A DNA stretch of 64,000 nucleotides from Ignavibacteriota bacterium (lineage in GTDB: Bacteria > Bacteroidota > Ignavibacteria > UBA10030 > SZUA-254), in NCBI GenBank assembly GCA_025358305.1, contig JANYJZ010000012.1, positions 9,022 through 73,021 of the forward strand, in the 5' to 3' direction. The position numbers and the translations under genes were made by a program. Of the stretch, positions 63,099 through 64,000 are shown piece after piece. The notes below the pieces were generated by a model. The model was not told where the DNA came from. It ran no database searches and saw only the letters and a program-made list of their open reading frames with translations. Position 1 is the stretch's first letter. Each line of letters opens with the position of its first letter.

Positions 63099-64000
63099 TC
63101 AGCGGGTTCTCTTCTTCGTCAGATACTTCTGCAGAAACTTTCCCGTGTACGACGCGTCGATCGCCGCGATCGCCTCGGGCGTGCCCTCTCCCACGAGCAT
63201 CCCCCCTCCGTCGCCCGCTTCGGGGCCCAGATCGATAACCCAGTCGGCGCACTTGATGACGTCCATGTTGTGCTCGATGATGAGGATCGAATTTCCCTGC
63301 TCGATGAGGGCGTCGAAGCACGCGAGAAGCTTCGCAACGTCGTCGAAGTGGAGCCCTGTCGTCGGCTCGTCGAAGATGAAGAGCGTGTGGCGGTCCTCCT
63401 CCTGGTTCGCGAGATGGGCGGCGAGCTTCACCCGCTGCGCCTCACCGCCGGAGAGCGTGCTCGCGGCCTGTCCGAGGCGGATGTAGCCCATCCCGACGTC
63501 GTCGAGGACGCGCAGCCGTTTCGCAACGCGCTTCCCCGAGGCGTGCCCGGAGAAGAACGCGACCGCTTCGGTGACCGTCATGCCGAGGACGTCGTCGATG
63601 TTCTTCTCCCGGTACCGGACCTCGAGGATCTCCTTCTGGAACCGCTTCCCCTTGCAGACCTCGCACGTCAACTCAATGTCGGCGAGGAACTGCATCTCGA
63701 TCGTCTGGATCCCGCTCCCCTCGCAGGTCTCGCACCGCCCTCCCGGAACGTTGAACGAGAACGACCCTGGCGTGTAGCCGTGGATCTTCGCGGCGGCCGT
63801 CCCGGCGAAAAGGTCCCGAACGAGGTCGAACGCCTTGAGGTACGTCGCAGGGTTGGACCGAGGCGTTCTGCCGATGGGCGACTGGTCGACGAGTTCCACG
63901 GCATCGATGAGGCCGTCCCCCTCGATCGAGCGGTGCGCCCCGACGTGGTCCGCGTACCCGTCCTTCGCCCGCTTCAGCCCGGCGTAAAGGACGTCATGGA
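63099..64000 (-). CDS. uvrA: excinuclease ABC subunit A (UvrA), C-terminal part; gene continues beyond the window
   Basis: ..KDGYADHVGAHRSIEGDGLIDAVELVDQSPIGRTPRSNPATY.., zinc-finger CETCEGSG..CEVCKGKRF, ABC signature LSGGEAQRVKLA and Walker B IFDEPTTGLH. The frame stays open to position 64000. Confidence 0.9.
   Translation of the reverse strand, partial: HDVLYAGLKRAKDGYADHVGAHRSIEGDGLIDAVELVDQSPIGRTPRSNPATYLKAFDLVRDLFAGTAAAKIHGYTPGSFSFNVPGGRCETCEGSGIQTIEMQFLADIELTCEVCKGKRFQKEILEVRYREKNIDDVLGMTVTEAVAFFSGHASGKRVAKRLRVLDDVGMGYIRLGQAASTLSGGEAQRVKLAAHLANQEEDRHTLFIFDEPTTGLHFDDVAKLLACFDALIEQGNSILIIEHNMDVIKCADWVIDLGPEAGDGGGMLVGEGTPEAIAAIDASYTGKFLQKYLTKKRTR

Overview
This is a high-GC (roughly 65%) bacterial chromosomal window carrying about 65 protein-coding genes. 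I found no rRNA, tRNA or CRISPR arrays.

Content, 5' to 3':
- A partial DUF4097-like adhesin gene.
- A zinc-finger anti-sigma factor and its ECF sigma factor.
- A large exporter operon on the minus strand: HlyD-family adaptor, small 4-helix-bundle-like ORF, ABC ATPase, then three tandem paralogous duplicated-FtsX permeases of about 800 aa each. It sits behind a near-consensus sigma-54 promoter. Upstream and divergent from it is an NtrC-type (sigma-54-dependent) response regulator plus an intramembrane-type histidine kinase.
- Two paralogous Ser/Thr kinases (kinase + TolB-N-like + TPR). They bracket a low-GC (about 45%) insertion encoding an AEP primase-polymerase-like domain fused to an SF2 (DEAH) helicase, and a HigA2/NadS-type HTH regulator with a perfect 17-bp palindromic operator.
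- A second low-GC insert with a MazE/AbrB–Doc toxin-antitoxin pair behind a perfect consensus sigma-70 promoter.
- The remainder looks like core genome: VOC enzymes, aldehyde dehydrogenase, a second MacAB-TolC-like efflux operon, CCA enzyme / oxidoreductase / GT39 / HAD operon, diheme cytochrome c, CPBP protease, DinB, serine hydrolase, T9SS C-terminal-domain proteins, Asp racemase, cupins, TauE, TonB-C, class I FBA, RlmI, partial UvrA.

The T9SS-type sorting tails, the duplicated FtsX ('ADOP'-like) permeases and the TolB-like/TPR kinases suggest an FCB-group, Gemmatimonadota or Acidobacteriota-like lineage. This is inference only.

The most interesting items are the primase-helicase/HTH island and the sigma-54-controlled triple-permease exporter.

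I read sequence lines by eye and found myself off by one in places; the named start coordinates were re-checked against ORF-track frames, but some are GTG starts chosen on signal-peptide or family grounds. Treat regulatory-site coordinates as approximate to within a few nucleotides.
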